Positions 43,322-52,612 of a stretch of 56,975 nt of DNA are shown here, piece by piece; position 1 is the stretch's first letter; the number at the start of each line of letters is the position of its first letter. The notes under the pieces are model-generated. The model did not search any database. It saw only the letters and a program-made list of their open reading frames with translations, and was not told the DNA's origin. The DNA is from Coriobacteriia bacterium. Its GTDB lineage: Bacteria > Actinomycetota > Coriobacteriia > Anaerosomatales > SLCP01. Both the position numbers and the translations under genes were made by a program. The stretch spans positions 1 through 56,975 of the forward strand of contig SLCP01000013.1 in assembly GCA_007125735.1 (NCBI GenBank), read 5' to 3'.

Positions 43322-44653
43322 TCACTCCCCAGAGACTATGTACCCGCCGAGGAACCAGGTCTGAGCCTCGTCGATGTGGACGCGGAAGAAGCGTCCCGCG
43401 AAGTCGCTCGCTGAGGGGCCGTCCGGGAGGGCGACGTGTACGACCTTGTTGCCCGCCGTGCGGCCTGAAAGCATCGTTTCGTCGCGCTTGGAGACGCCCT
43501 CGAAGAGGACGTCTTGAACCGTGCCGAGGAGCGCGACGTTCTTGGCGACCACCGAGCGCTGGACTGCATCGACGAGCGCATCGAACCGCTGCTGGGCGAC
43601 ATCGCGCGGGACCGTGTCGGTGAGAGCCGCGGCTGGCGTGCCCTCGCGGGGAGAGAAGATGAACGTGAAGGCCTGGTCGAAGCGGGCTCGCTCGACGACA
43701 TCCATGGTCTCGGCGAAGTCGTCTTCGCTCTCCCCCGGGTAGCCGACGATGATATCGGTCGACAGCGCGATATCGGGAATGGCCGCGTAGAGACGTTCGA
43801 CCAGGTCGAGGTAGTGATCTTTGGTGTACCGGCGGTTCATCGCCGCAAGTATGCGGTCCGAACCCGACTGGACCGGCAGGTGGAGGTAGCGGGCGACCTG
43901 TGGCGTCTCGGCCATCGCCGCGATCGTGTCGTCCGAGAGGTCCTTCGGGTGACTCGTGGCGAACATGACGCGTCCGACCCCGGTCGCAGCGACTGCGCGG
44001 AGTACCTCGGCGAAGCGTGGCGCACCGTACAGGTCACGACCGTAGGAGTTGACGTTCTGGCCGAGGAGCGTCACGGACACCACTCCCTCGGCGACGAGGC
44101 GTTCGCACTCGGAGACGATCTCCTCGAAGGGCCGGGACCGCTCGCGGCCCCTGACGTGCGGGACGATGCAGTAGCTGCAGAAGTTGTCGCACCCCACGGT
44201 GATGGGAACCCATGCATGCCACGGGTGCTCGCGCTCGAGCGGCAGATCGAACGTCGAGTCGTCGCCGGCATCCAGTGTCTCGGCGACGGGTCGCTTCGCG
44301 GTGTGTGCGGATTCGAGCAGCGCAGGGAGACGGGCGATGTTGTGCGTCCCGAACACGACATCGACGTGCTTGAGTTGGCCGAGGAGCGCGGCGCCGTCTC
44401 GCTGGCCGATGCACCCACCCACGGCTATCAGCTGCCCGGGTCTCGCCGCCTTGACGCTCTTGAGGGACGCCACCTGCCCGAGGAGACGGATGTCTGCGTT
44501 CTCGCGTACGCAGCACGTCATGAAGACGACGACGTCGGCGTGCGCGGGGTCATCGACCGGTGTCATGCCCTCCGAGAGGAGCATACCGGTGACGCGCTCG
44601 GAATCGTGCTTGTTCATCTGGCACCCGAAGGTGCGGACCAGGAAGGTCTTCAT
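43322..44653 (-). CDS. miaB: tRNA-2-methylthio-N6-dimethylallyladenosine synthase (radical SAM MTTase)
   Basis: MKTFLVRTFGCQMNKHDSE, rSAM CDNFCSYCIVP, C-terminal TRAM. The ORF is open to GTG 44662. Confidence 0.9.
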   Translation of the reverse strand: MKTFLVRTFGCQMNKHDSERVTGMLLSEGMTPVDDPAHADVVVFMTCCVRENADIRLLGQVASLKSVKAARPGQLIAVGGCIGQRDGAALLGQLKHVDVVFGTHNIARLPALLESAHTAKRPVAETLDAGDDSTFDLPLEREHPWHAWVPITVGCDNFCSYCIVPHVRGRERSRPFEEIVSECERLVAEGVVSVTLLGQNVNSYGRDLYGAPRFAEVLRAVAATGVGRVMFATSHPKDLSDDTIAAMAETPQVARYLHLPVQSGSDRILAAMNRRYTKDHYLDLVERLYAAIPDIALSTDIIVGYPGESEDDFAETMDVVERARFDQAFTFIFSPREGTPAAALTDTVPRDVAQQRFDALVDAVQRSVVAKNVALLGTVQDVLFEGVSKRDETMLSGRTAGNKVVHVALPDGPSASDFAGRFFRVHIDEAQTWFLGGYIVSGE

Positions 44654-44688
44654 AGCCGGCACAGTGTAGCACGCGGTGGCGTCGTGGC

Positions 44689-45534
44689 TCAGGGAGTCTC
44701 ACGTGCTGGCAGTGGGCGATTCGCAGCGGCGAAGAGCGACTCGAGGATACCCGGTGGGATGTCGGTGGAGGCGAGATCACCGGTCGGCGCGCCAGGGTCG
44801 TGGAAGTCGGTGCCTCCGGTGACGATGAGGCCCAAACGGTCCGCGATCGATGCGTACCGTTCGCGATCCGCCTCGTCGTGCTCGCCGTGGTATGCCTCGA
44901 TGCCGGCAAGCCCGTGTGCCACGAGGGCGGGGACGATCTCGTCGCCACCGGTCACGCCTGGGTGCGCGAGCACCGGCACTCCGCCGACGGCGCGCACGAG
45001 GCGCACTGCGTCCTCCGGCGAGCGGACGTCTTTGGGCACGTAGAAGGGCTTTCCTCGGCCGAGGAGGCGACGGAACGCGTCGGCTACATCGTCGGCGAGA
45101 CCTTGCTCGACGAGGACCCGGGCGACGTGGGAGCGACCGACGGCGGCTCCTGCCGAAAGCGCAAGAACGTGGCGCATATCGATCGTGTAGCCGGCAGCAG
45201 CGAGCGCCGACACGATCGCTTCTGCGCGTCGCATCCGCGCTTCGCGCAAGTCGCGGAGGTAGTCGAGGAAGCCTTCATCGGTGTGGTCGACGAAGTAACC
45301 GAGGATGTGGACGTCCCGGTCCTGGTGGACTGCCGACAACTCGACGCCCGGAACGACGATCGGAGCGTGAGGCAGGACGTTCGCAGCGGCTAGTGCTTCA
45401 GCGACGCCCTCGACCGAGTCGTGGTCCGTGATGGCGATCGCCCGGACACCTTTCTGGGCGGCGAGTGCGACGACTTCGGCCGGGGTCAGCGTGCCGTCGG
45501 AGGCGGTGGTGTGGACGTGGAGGTCGATGCGCAC
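44689..45534 (-). CDS. PHP domain metal-dependent phosphoesterase (TrpH/YciV-like)
   Basis: MRIDLHVHTTASDGTLTPAEVV...AITDHDSVEG...GTDFHDP. GTG start with GGAGG SD. Confidence 0.8.
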   Translation of the reverse strand: MRIDLHVHTTASDGTLTPAEVVALAAQKGVRAIAITDHDSVEGVAEALAAANVLPHAPIVVPGVELSAVHQDRDVHILGYFVDHTDEGFLDYLRDLREARMRRAEAIVSALAAAGYTIDMRHVLALSAGAAVGRSHVARVLVEQGLADDVADAFRRLLGRGKPFYVPKDVRSPEDAVRLVRAVGGVPVLAHPGVTGGDEIVPALVAHGLAGIEAYHGEHDEADRERYASIADRLGLIVTGGTDFHDPGAPTGDLASTDIPPGILESLFAAANRPLPARETP

Positions 45535-45567
45535 AGCCAGCTACCTCCAGGGGCGCCTACGACACGG

Positions 45568-45846
45568 TCAGCGGTGTTGGCCGCGCGGTTCGACGAGAAG
45601 CCGGATGGCGGTGCGCTCTTCGCCGTTGATCGAGATCTCAGCGAACGACGGCACGCAGGTCAGCTCGATGCCAGATGGCGCAACGAAACCGCGAGCGATC
45701 GCAACCGCTTTGATGGCCTGGTTAAGGGCTCCGGCGCCAACCGTCTGGATCTCAACAGCACCCTGTTCCCTGATCACGCCTGCGAGTGCACCCGCGACCG
45801 AGTTCGGGTTCGACTTGCTCGAGACCTTGAGGACTTCCACGGACAT
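45568..45846 (-). CDS. spoVS: stage V sporulation protein S family protein
   Basis: MSVEVLKVSSKSNPNSVAGALAGVIREQGAVEIQTVGAGALNQAIKAVAIARGF. 92 aa. The ORF is open to 45939. Confidence 0.9.
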   Translation of the reverse strand: MSVEVLKVSSKSNPNSVAGALAGVIREQGAVEIQTVGAGALNQAIKAVAIARGFVAPSGIELTCVPSFAEISINGEERTAIRLLVEPRGQHR

Positions 45847-45973
45847 ACTCCTTGCACTACTGGCACGCTGCTTCGGTGCCGCACTGCGTGCGGCGAGTTC
45901 GACTCTGCTGCGAAGTAAGGTGCGTTCTGCTCCGTGCACTCAAGTATAGCGTAAAGGAAGCGTTGAGGGCGGC

Positions 45974-47131
45974 TCATTCCTCTTTCTCGACGTCGAACCT
46001 TACCCTGAGGCCATCGCGGGTCACGGTGACCTTAGGTTCACCCTTAAGGTGCACGTAGTAGCGTTCTGCAAGGTCGTCAAAGGCACGGGCGAGATCCTGC
46101 TTGAATCGAGCAAGATCGGTGTGGTGTATCTTCAGCCCTCGGCGGTCTCGATAGATGTCGGGTTCGACGGTAGTGGGAGCCTCCTCGTCGGTGCCAACCT
46201 GGGAGATCACCGTGTCGAGCGGCGAGAGGTGACCCCCGAGTATGCGGTGCGCGGTCCGCTCCGATACGGGTAGTGCAAGGTCGCTGCATATTCCGACGAG
46301 TTCGTGAGCGTCCGCCGCGGTGGCGGGACGTTGCCAGACGGGAAGCCGCTCCGCCTGGTCCGAGAAGAGCAAGCGAGAGGTGTCGAGTGTCTCGCGCGCG
46401 GCTGCGTAGAGGGTCGCGACGATCTCGGCGGGCGAGCCGAGGTAGATATCGAGTTCGGGGTGCTCGCATGCGAACTCGACGATACGCCTGACGATGTTGT
46501 GCGGGCCGCGTACGACCTGCAGGCGGCCCGCGGGGTCATGCTCGACGACCGGCCACTGGGATTGATCAGCGCGCTCCGGGAGTTCGGCTGTGTCCGCGGT
46601 GACGGCCACTGAGGCTCCGAGGTGGGCATCGGAGGTGGCGATACGGATCTCCCGGACGTTGGTGCGAACTGAGAAGAGCGCCATTCCTCGGCCGTGGACT
46701 CCCCATCGATCCATCACCATCGTATCGAGCTTGGAGGTGACTCGCGGCTCGAAGACCGCATCGTGGAGCGTGGGAGGTACGCCGATCCCGTCGTCGACCA
46801 TGGTCAGCGTTCGGAGGTCCTTCTCGCGCGCAGTGGCGATGAAGAGCCGCTGCGCATGAGCGTCACGCGCGTTGCGCAACAGCTCTATGACGACGTCTTC
46901 GAACGAGCGGATGTCGTGACGCGCCTGGCGACGCTCGGCCTCCGACGTCCGGAGCCGTACGAAGCCGTCACCGAGGTTCTCCTCGATCTTCAGATACGCC
47001 TCGCCCGACACCGAGCTGACGAAATCGAGGAGGTCTTCGGTGTCGTTGTGTTCGTGCATCCGTCGGGTCCGATCGCGCGCTCGAGGGTGGCGGGACAGCA
47101 AAGAGGCCGCGGTCGCGGCCTCCTCGCGCAC
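45974..47131 (-). CDS. GHKL-superfamily (Bergerat fold) ATPase domain protein with uncharacterised C-terminal half containing an HTH-like segment
   Basis: N box VIELLRNARDAHA, G1 MVDDGIGV, G2 WGVHGRGMALF. The C-terminal part includes LALPVSERTAHRILGG. Start is GTG 47131 or ATG 47059; neither has a strong SD. Confidence 0.6.
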   Translation of the reverse strand: MREEAATAASLLSRHPRARDRTRRMHEHNDTEDLLDFVSSVSGEAYLKIEENLGDGFVRLRTSEAERRQARHDIRSFEDVVIELLRNARDAHAQRLFIATAREKDLRTLTMVDDGIGVPPTLHDAVFEPRVTSKLDTMVMDRWGVHGRGMALFSVRTNVREIRIATSDAHLGASVAVTADTAELPERADQSQWPVVEHDPAGRLQVVRGPHNIVRRIVEFACEHPELDIYLGSPAEIVATLYAAARETLDTSRLLFSDQAERLPVWQRPATAADAHELVGICSDLALPVSERTAHRILGGHLSPLDTVISQVGTDEEAPTTVEPDIYRDRRGLKIHHTDLARFKQDLARAFDDLAERYYVHLKGEPKVTVTRDGLRVRFDVEKEE

Positions 47132-47168
47132 GGCTGGTAGCCGTGTCTCATGGTATCAGACGCCGGGG

Positions 47169-48698
47169 CTACTTGGCGTAGTCTACCGCCCTGCTCTCGC
47201 GTATCACCATGACCTTGATCTGACCAGGGTACTCGAGCTCGTCTTCGATCTGCTTGGCGATGTCCCGCGCGAGCAGCACGGAGTCAGCGTCGTCGATCTG
47301 CTCGGGTTTGACCATGACCCGGATCTCGCGACCCGCCTGCATGGCGTAGCACTTTTCGACGCCGTCATGAGATTGAGCGACCGACTCGAGCTTCTCGAGT
47401 CGCTTGACGTAGCTCTCGAGGGTCTCTCGGCGTGCCCCGGGCCGAGCGGCACTGATCGCGTCGGATGCCTGGACGAGGACCGCCTCGACGGTGCTGGGCT
47501 CGACATCACCGTGGTGCGCCTCGATGCAGTGCAGCACAGCGGGCGGTTCGTTCATGCGACGCGCGAGGTCGGCGCCGATGATGGCGTGGGGCCCTTCGAT
47601 CTCGTGATCGATGGCTTTTCCGAGATCGTGCAGGAGTCCAGCGCGCTTGGCGAGGCTCACGTCCACACCGAGTTCCGCAGCCATCACTCCTGCGAGATGG
47701 GACACCTCGAGGGAGTGGTTGAGAACGTTCTGGCCGTACGAAGTGCGGTACTTCAGGCGGCCGAGGGTACGCACGATCTCGGTATGCAGTCCGTGGATGC
47801 CGGCGTCGAACGCGGCCTGCTCGCCGGCTTCTTGAATCTGCTGGCTGACGAGGGCCTCCGCTTTGTTGTACAGCTCCTCGATTCGCGCGGGATGGATGCG
47901 GCCGTCCGCGATGGCAGACTCGAGGGTGATGCGGCCGATCTCACGGCGGACGGGATCGAAACTCGAGAGGATGACGGCCTCGGGTGTGTCATCGATGATG
48001 AGGTTGATTCCGGTCAGCTGCTCGAAGGCGCGGATGTTTCGGCCTTCCCGGCCGATGATACGCCCCTTCATGTCATCGCTCGGAATATGCACGACTGACA
48101 CGGTTGACTCCGCCGTGTGGTCAGCGGCGACGCGCTGGATCGCGATCCCGACGATGTTACGCGCCTTCTTATCCGCCTCATCGCGCGCGTACGCTTCGGC
48201 CTCGCGGATGATCGCGGCTGCGTCACGCTTCACGTCGTCCCTGACCCGGTCGAGCAGGAGCTCACGCGCCTGGTCGGACGAGAGTCCGGCGAGGCTCTCG
48301 AGCCGCTCGCGCTCTTGTTCTACGAGCTCAGCGAGTTCGGTCTCACGTTTGGTGATCTGACCCTGAAGACTCGAGAGCTGGTGCTCCCGCTTGTCGAGGG
48401 ACTCGATGCGGCGGTCGATGCTCTCCTCGCGTTGGATCAGGCGGTTCTCGATCGCTCCGAGCTCCTTGCGGCGCTCTTTGGCCTCGGCTTCGGCCTCTTG
48501 CTTCATGCGGAAGCTCTGATCCTTGGCCTCGATCAGCGCTTCCTTCTTGAGTGTCTCGGCATGTTTCTCAGCGTCCTGGACGATACGTTCGGCATCTTCA
48601 CGGGTGCGGACATCGCGACCCTGCACGAGGAATCGGGCGGCCAGGAAACCGAGAGTTACACCGACGATGGCTGCGACGATAGCGAAGACGATCTCCAT
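47169..48698 (-). CDS. rny: ribonuclease Y
   Basis: N-terminal [26 protein letters not shown], coiled coil, [47 protein letters not shown]...[11 protein letters not shown] 48698 with AAGGGAG SD. Confidence 0.9.
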   Translation of the reverse strand: MEIVFAIVAAIVGVTLGFLAARFLVQGRDVRTREDAERIVQDAEKHAETLKKEALIEAKDQSFRMKQEAEAEAKERRKELGAIENRLIQREESIDRRIESLDKREHQLSSLQGQITKRETELAELVEQERERLESLAGLSSDQARELLLDRVRDDVKRDAAAIIREAEAYARDEADKKARNIVGIAIQRVAADHTAESTVSVVHIPSDDMKGRIIGREGRNIRAFEQLTGINLIIDDTPEAVILSSFDPVRREIGRITLESAIADGRIHPARIEELYNKAEALVSQQIQEAGEQAAFDAGIHGLHTEIVRTLGRLKYRTSYGQNVLNHSLEVSHLAGVMAAELGVDVSLAKRAGLLHDLGKAIDHEIEGPHAIIGADLARRMNEPPAVLHCIEAHHGDVEPSTVEAVLVQASDAISAARPGARRETLESYVKRLEKLESVAQSHDGVEKCYAMQAGREIRVMVKPEQIDDADSVLLARDIAKQIEDELEYPGQIKVMVIRESRAVDYAK

Positions 48699-49012
48699 CG
48701 CGTGCACTCCCTTCTCAACGCTCGAGCGTCGGTTGACGGTCGGTTCGGCGGATCGACCGGTCTCCCGCAGCTGCTAACGTGCGTGCTGGGCTGCGCACAA
48801 CGAGTACCGGACGATGCGTCGTCCGGCATACGTGAGGTCTTCACTGCAGAGTGGAACAGGATGCCGTATATGCACAGCTACCGGGCCAGTAGTGGCCGCG
48901 TACATGGTCACAGTTCGTATCTCATCAGACGAACCGCCGGCATTGTCCCAAACGAAACGCGGCGGAGAATCACATATGCCCTTTGCATACTACCGATTAC
49001 CAGCGCAAAGCG
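48699..49012 (-). other. 314-nt non-coding gap between recX and rny (candidate structured rny leader/promoter region)
   Basis: No coding-like ORF on either strand and locally lower GC. Several hairpins, e.g. CCGGACGA-CGCA-TCGTCCGG at 48807-48826 and GTTCGT-N10-ACGAAC at 48913-48934. A 12-bp palindrome ACGCTCGAGCGT lies at 48718-48729, a few nt upstream of the SD. Confidence 0.4.
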
Positions 49013-49666
49013 TCAAGATTCGAATCGATTGCCACGTCGGTCATCGTCGTGGCGAGAGCGGTGTTCGATGGCGCTCAGGGCGACGTCGTAGGAGAATCCA
49101 CGCGAGACGAGACGACGAAGGAGGCGCTCGCGCTCTCGGCGGTCGCGGGGAGGGTCGTCAGGAAGGATCATGAGCGCACGATCGAGTTCGCGCGCTTCTG
49201 GGGCCTCACGCTCGACAAGAGCCGAGGCTCGATCGGGGTCGATCCCGGCCGAGCGGAGTCCCCGGATGATGCGCTCCCTTCCCCATCCCGAGGCCATCTT
49301 CGCGCGAACGTAAGACTCCGAAAAACGTCCCTCGTCTACGGCTCCGATGTCGTCCATGCGGGCCACCACGTCGCGAACGACATGGGCCGGATACCCGTCG
49401 TCAGTCAGACGGTTGGAGAGCTCCCCTGGCGAACGCTCGCGATGTCCGAGCAATCTCAGCGCACGAGCCGTCGCCGCTTCGGCTTCTACTTCGCCGAGAA
49501 GGAGATCGAGCTTGTCCGCGGTCATTCGGTCGCCACTCTCGATGCGCGCGGCGACCAGGGCCTCGATCGAGGTAGTCCTGACGTCGTGCCCGTCGATGGA
49601 CACGACGCGCGCCTTGCCGCGACGCGGATGAGTGTCGATCTGGATCTCGCCGGCCTCCAAGTCCAC
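49013..49666 (-). CDS. recX: recombination regulator RecX
   Basis: RALRLLGHRERSPGELSNRLTDDGYPAHVVRDVVARMDDIGAVDEGRFSESYVR...GRERIIRGLRSAGI, the three-repeat RecX pattern. GTG start 8 nt after the recA stop. Confidence 0.85.
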   Translation of the reverse strand: MDLEAGEIQIDTHPRRGKARVVSIDGHDVRTTSIEALVAARIESGDRMTADKLDLLLGEVEAEAATARALRLLGHRERSPGELSNRLTDDGYPAHVVRDVVARMDDIGAVDEGRFSESYVRAKMASGWGRERIIRGLRSAGIDPDRASALVEREAPEARELDRALMILPDDPPRDRRERERLLRRLVSRGFSYDVALSAIEHRSRHDDDRRGNRFES

Positions 49667-49674
49667 CTCTGCGA

Positions 49675-50712
49675 CTACTCTACCTCTGTGTCAGCGTCCT
49701 GGGCGGGTGACGTGCCGTTGACAGGGAGGCCGAGACGCTCACGAATCGTGCGTTCGATCTCGGTTCGGACGTCGATGTGCTCGCGGAGGAACTCCTTGGC
49801 TGCTTCACGGCCCTGGCCAAGCCGCTCCTCGCCGTAGGTGTACCAGGCACCGGACTTGGAAACGACCGCCTCTTCGACTCCCAGGTCGAGGAGGTTGCCT
49901 TCTTTCGAGATGCCGGTGCCGTACATGAGGTCGAACTCAGCCTGACGGAAGGGGGCGGCGACCTTGTTCTTGACGACTTTCGCGCGGACGCGGTTGCCCA
50001 CGATGTCCGTTCCCTGCTTGATCGAGTCGATGCGACGGACATCGATGCGTACGGTGGAGTAGAACTTCAGGGCGCGTCCGCCGGTAGTGGTCTCGGGACT
50101 GCCGAACATGACACCGATCTTCTCGCGCAGCTGGTTGATGAAGATGCACGTCGTGTTGGACTTGTTGAGGGACCCCGCGAGCTTGCGGAGGGCCTGACTC
50201 ATGAGACGCGCGTGCAGCCCGACCGACGCGTCCCCCATCTCGCCTTCGAGCTCTGCGCGAGGCACGAGCGCGGCAACCGAGTCGATGACGATGACGTCTA
50301 TCGCCCCGCTGCGGACGAGCATGTCGGTTATCTCGAGCGCCTGTTCACCGGTGTCGGGTTGTGAGATGAGGATCTCGTCGATGTCGACTCCGAGACGGGC
50401 GGCGTAACTCGGGTCGAGCGCGTGCTCCGCGTCGACGAACGCCACCACCCCTCCCATCGCCTGGGCCTCTGCGACGATCTGGAGCGCCAGCGTGGTCTTG
50501 CCGCTTGACTCGGGCCCGAAGATCTCGACGATGCGGCCGCGCGGCACTCCCCCTATACCGAGCGCAGCATCGAGCGCGAGGGCGCCGGTGGGTATCGCTG
50601 CCACTTGGGTGACGGCTGCGTGCTCGCCGAGCTTCATGAGCGAGCCCGTGCCGAACTTGCGCTCGATCTGCTCCTTGGTGACGTCAAGTACCTTGGTCTT
50701 CTCGGAATCCAT
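49675..50712 (-). CDS. recA: recombinase RecA
   Basis: 345 aa. [11 protein letters not shown], Walker [46 protein letters not shown]. No intein. Confidence 0.97.
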   Translation of the reverse strand: MDSEKTKVLDVTKEQIERKFGTGSLMKLGEHAAVTQVAAIPTGALALDAALGIGGVPRGRIVEIFGPESSGKTTLALQIVAEAQAMGGVVAFVDAEHALDPSYAARLGVDIDEILISQPDTGEQALEITDMLVRSGAIDVIVIDSVAALVPRAELEGEMGDASVGLHARLMSQALRKLAGSLNKSNTTCIFINQLREKIGVMFGSPETTTGGRALKFYSTVRIDVRRIDSIKQGTDIVGNRVRAKVVKNKVAAPFRQAEFDLMYGTGISKEGNLLDLGVEEAVVSKSGAWYTYGEERLGQGREAAKEFLREHIDVRTEIERTIRERLGLPVNGTSPAQDADTEVE

Positions 50713-50759
50713 CGTGCGAGCTCCTCTTCCTCCAGGGGGACTCCCTCGGGGCTGACTCG

Positions 50760-50788
50760 ACGCTACACGAACACACGTTCGATGTCAA
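50760..50788 (-). promoter_or_regulatory. recA promoter TTGACA - 17 nt - TAGCGT
   Basis: Minus strand: perfect -35 TTGACA (50788-50783), a 17-nt spacer holding the SOS box, and -10 TAGCGT (50765-50760). The -35 overlaps the thpR stop codon. Confidence 0.55.
50768..50781. promoter_or_regulatory. LexA (SOS/Cheo) box upstream of recA, perfect
   Basis: CGAACACACGTTCG is a perfect GAAC-N4-GTTC, 56 nt upstream of the recA ATG. Confidence 0.75.
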
Positions 50789-51378
50789 CGGCCTCCGAGC
50801 GGGATGTCCGCTATCCGTTCGTAGACAGCGCCGCTCTTGGTGAGCGTGCTTGCGTACAACGTAACCTCCCCCACTGACATCGCATACGGCGGCCCCTCGG
50901 GAAGGTGGGCGGCGAGTACGGCGGCGGTGACACCCTCGGGCAGGCCGCCGAACGGGCGCGGACGACGGGCCCGTGCGAGGGTGACGTGGGGACGGAAGGG
51001 GCGGTCCTCGGTCTCGATACCGTAGATCGAGGCGACCTCCTCGAGAGCGCTGACCGCACGGCCGCCGGTTCCGCTCGGGTCTCGGAAGGTCGCCCACAGC
51101 ATACGGGGCGAACGTTGCCGCGGTGCGCCGACGACAGCGTCGGCAAGCGTGAGAGTGAACGGACTGACATCAGCGAGCGCCTCGCCGAAACCGGTAAGCA
51201 GCGGTGAGGCCGTCGCTTCGGCGATGTCGCCGAGGAAGACGCACGTGATGTGGAGGTTCTCGGCCGGAACCCACCGCGCGTCACGCCACCGGGGGTCGGC
51301 ATCGCGTGCGCGTGCGGCACACTCGGCGAGTGCTTCGCGCCACGGCGAGGGAAGTCCGATGCCCACGAACGCCCTCAT
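50785..51378 (-). CDS. thpR: RNA 2',3'-cyclic phosphodiesterase (2H phosphoesterase, ThpR/LigT)
   Basis: MRAFVGIGLP. Two HxT motifs, HITCVF and HVTLAR. ATGA overlap with the cinA stop. The ORF is open to 51510. Confidence 0.8.
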   Translation of the reverse strand: MRAFVGIGLPSPWREALAECAARARDADPRWRDARWVPAENLHITCVFLGDIAEATASPLLTGFGEALADVSPFTLTLADAVVGAPRQRSPRMLWATFRDPSGTGGRAVSALEEVASIYGIETEDRPFRPHVTLARARRPRPFGGLPEGVTAAVLAAHLPEGPPYAMSVGEVTLYASTLTKSGAVYERIADIPLGGR

Positions 51379-52598
51379 GACCGCGGTGTGACGGCCCGTC
51401 GGAGCAGGTCGAGTGCGTGAACGGTGGCGCGCGTCCGCACGAGCGCTCGATCCCCCCTGAACGTCACCGGTCCGGCGGTCACGGTGGTGTGGTCGGCGAT
51501 CGCGAACCACACGAGCCCAACGGGCTTCTCGGCCGTGCCGCCGGCAGGACCGGCGATGCCGGTGATGCCGAGAGCTACGTCGACACCGAGCGCCTCCCGC
51601 GCACCGAGCGCCATCTCGCGCACGGACGTCTCGCTCACAGCGCCGTGGGTGGCGAGCGTGCCGGGACTCACACTGAGAGCCGAGCGCTTGATGTCATCGG
51701 CGTAGGCTACGATGCTGCCGCGGAAGACTGCCGAGGAACCCGCGACGTCGGTCAGCGCCGCAGCTACGAGACCACCGGTGCACGATTCGGCTGACCCGAT
51801 CGAGATACCACGGGCGGTGGCGTCGCGGATGACAACCTCGGCAAGGGTGGCGCCATCCGTGGCGTAGCAGTGGGGTGCGAGAGCTGATGCAACGTCATCG
51901 GCGGCGGCGGCGAGGCCGGAGCCGTCGGTGCCATCGGCGATGAGGACAACGTCGACGAGTGAAGGGCGGCCGAGCACGGTCAGAGCGACACCCGTATGGC
52001 TCTCGAGCGCGCGCTCGGCTCGGAGCTGGGCGTCGGACTCGCGGATACCCACGCAGCCGAGCACGCGCGGCGGAGGAGCTTCGGCAGAGGTGAACGGTTC
52101 GACCGCCTCGGCAAGCATCGGCCGCATCTCGGCGGGCGGCCCGGGAAGGAGCACGAGGCTGCCTCGCGCGGTGGCAACCACCTGACCGGGGGCGGTGCCG
52201 ATCGAGGGAGCTAGGACGCGTGCTCCCTCGATCACGAGCGCTTGGCGGAGCACCTGCGCTGCAGCTCGCGGCTCGCGGTGCCCCTCGGCGATGGCCTGGA
52301 GTGCACGTTCGAGATGGGAATCGGGGCGGAGCGCCAGTCCGAGCGCGTCAGCGGATGCCTCGCGGGTCACGTCGTCGTGTGTGGGCCCGAGACCGCCGGT
52401 GACGACGACGAGATCGTGGTCTGCGATCGCGGTGCGCAGGTAGGCGGCGAGATGCGTGTGGTCATCGGGAAGCGCGAAGAGCGTCCGTGGCGCGTATCCG
52501 GCGGCGGCGAGGAAGCGCGCGATCTCGGGACCGTTGGTGTCTGGCCGCAAGCCGAGGACGAGTTCGGTACCTACCACGATCACCGCGGCAGACGGCAT
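51375..52598 (-). CDS. cinA: competence/damage-inducible protein CinA (MoCF-binding domain plus PncC-type nicotinamide-nucleotide amidase domain)
   Basis: AAVIVVGTELVLG...LVVVTGGLGPTHDDVTREA, C-terminal SIGSAESCTGGLVAAALTDVAGSS. ATG 52598 lies 14 nt after the pgsA stop. The ORF extension to 53252 is shadow overlap with pgsA. Confidence 0.85.
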   Translation of the reverse strand: MPSAAVIVVGTELVLGLRPDTNGPEIARFLAAAGYAPRTLFALPDDHTHLAAYLRTAIADHDLVVVTGGLGPTHDDVTREASADALGLALRPDSHLERALQAIAEGHREPRAAAQVLRQALVIEGARVLAPSIGTAPGQVVATARGSLVLLPGPPAEMRPMLAEAVEPFTSAEAPPPRVLGCVGIRESDAQLRAERALESHTGVALTVLGRPSLVDVVLIADGTDGSGLAAAADDVASALAPHCYATDGATLAEVVIRDATARGISIGSAESCTGGLVAAALTDVAGSSAVFRGSIVAYADDIKRSALSVSPGTLATHGAVSETSVREMALGAREALGVDVALGITGIAGPAGGTAEKPVGLVWFAIADHTTVTAGPVTFRGDRALVRTRATVHALDLLRRAVTPRS

Positions 52599-52612
52599 CG
52601 CACGTCGTGCGC

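Noticed and set aside
48656-48844. 62-aa minus-strand ORF inside the recX-rny gap. A 119-aa plus-strand ORF at 48814-49173 was also considered.
   Set aside because: Ser/Arg/Pro-rich composition with no SD. One overlaps the rny start region and the other is antisense to recX. Both are treated as non-coding.
48913-48934. CUGAUGAG...CGAAC on the rny strand resembles the hammerhead ribozyme core (CUGAUGA ... GAAA).
   Set aside because: Only G-AUA-C lies between the two core elements, so there is no real stem II. I also see no matching stem I or stem III, and no NUH cleavage-site context. It is most likely a chance hairpin (GTTCGT / ACGAAC).
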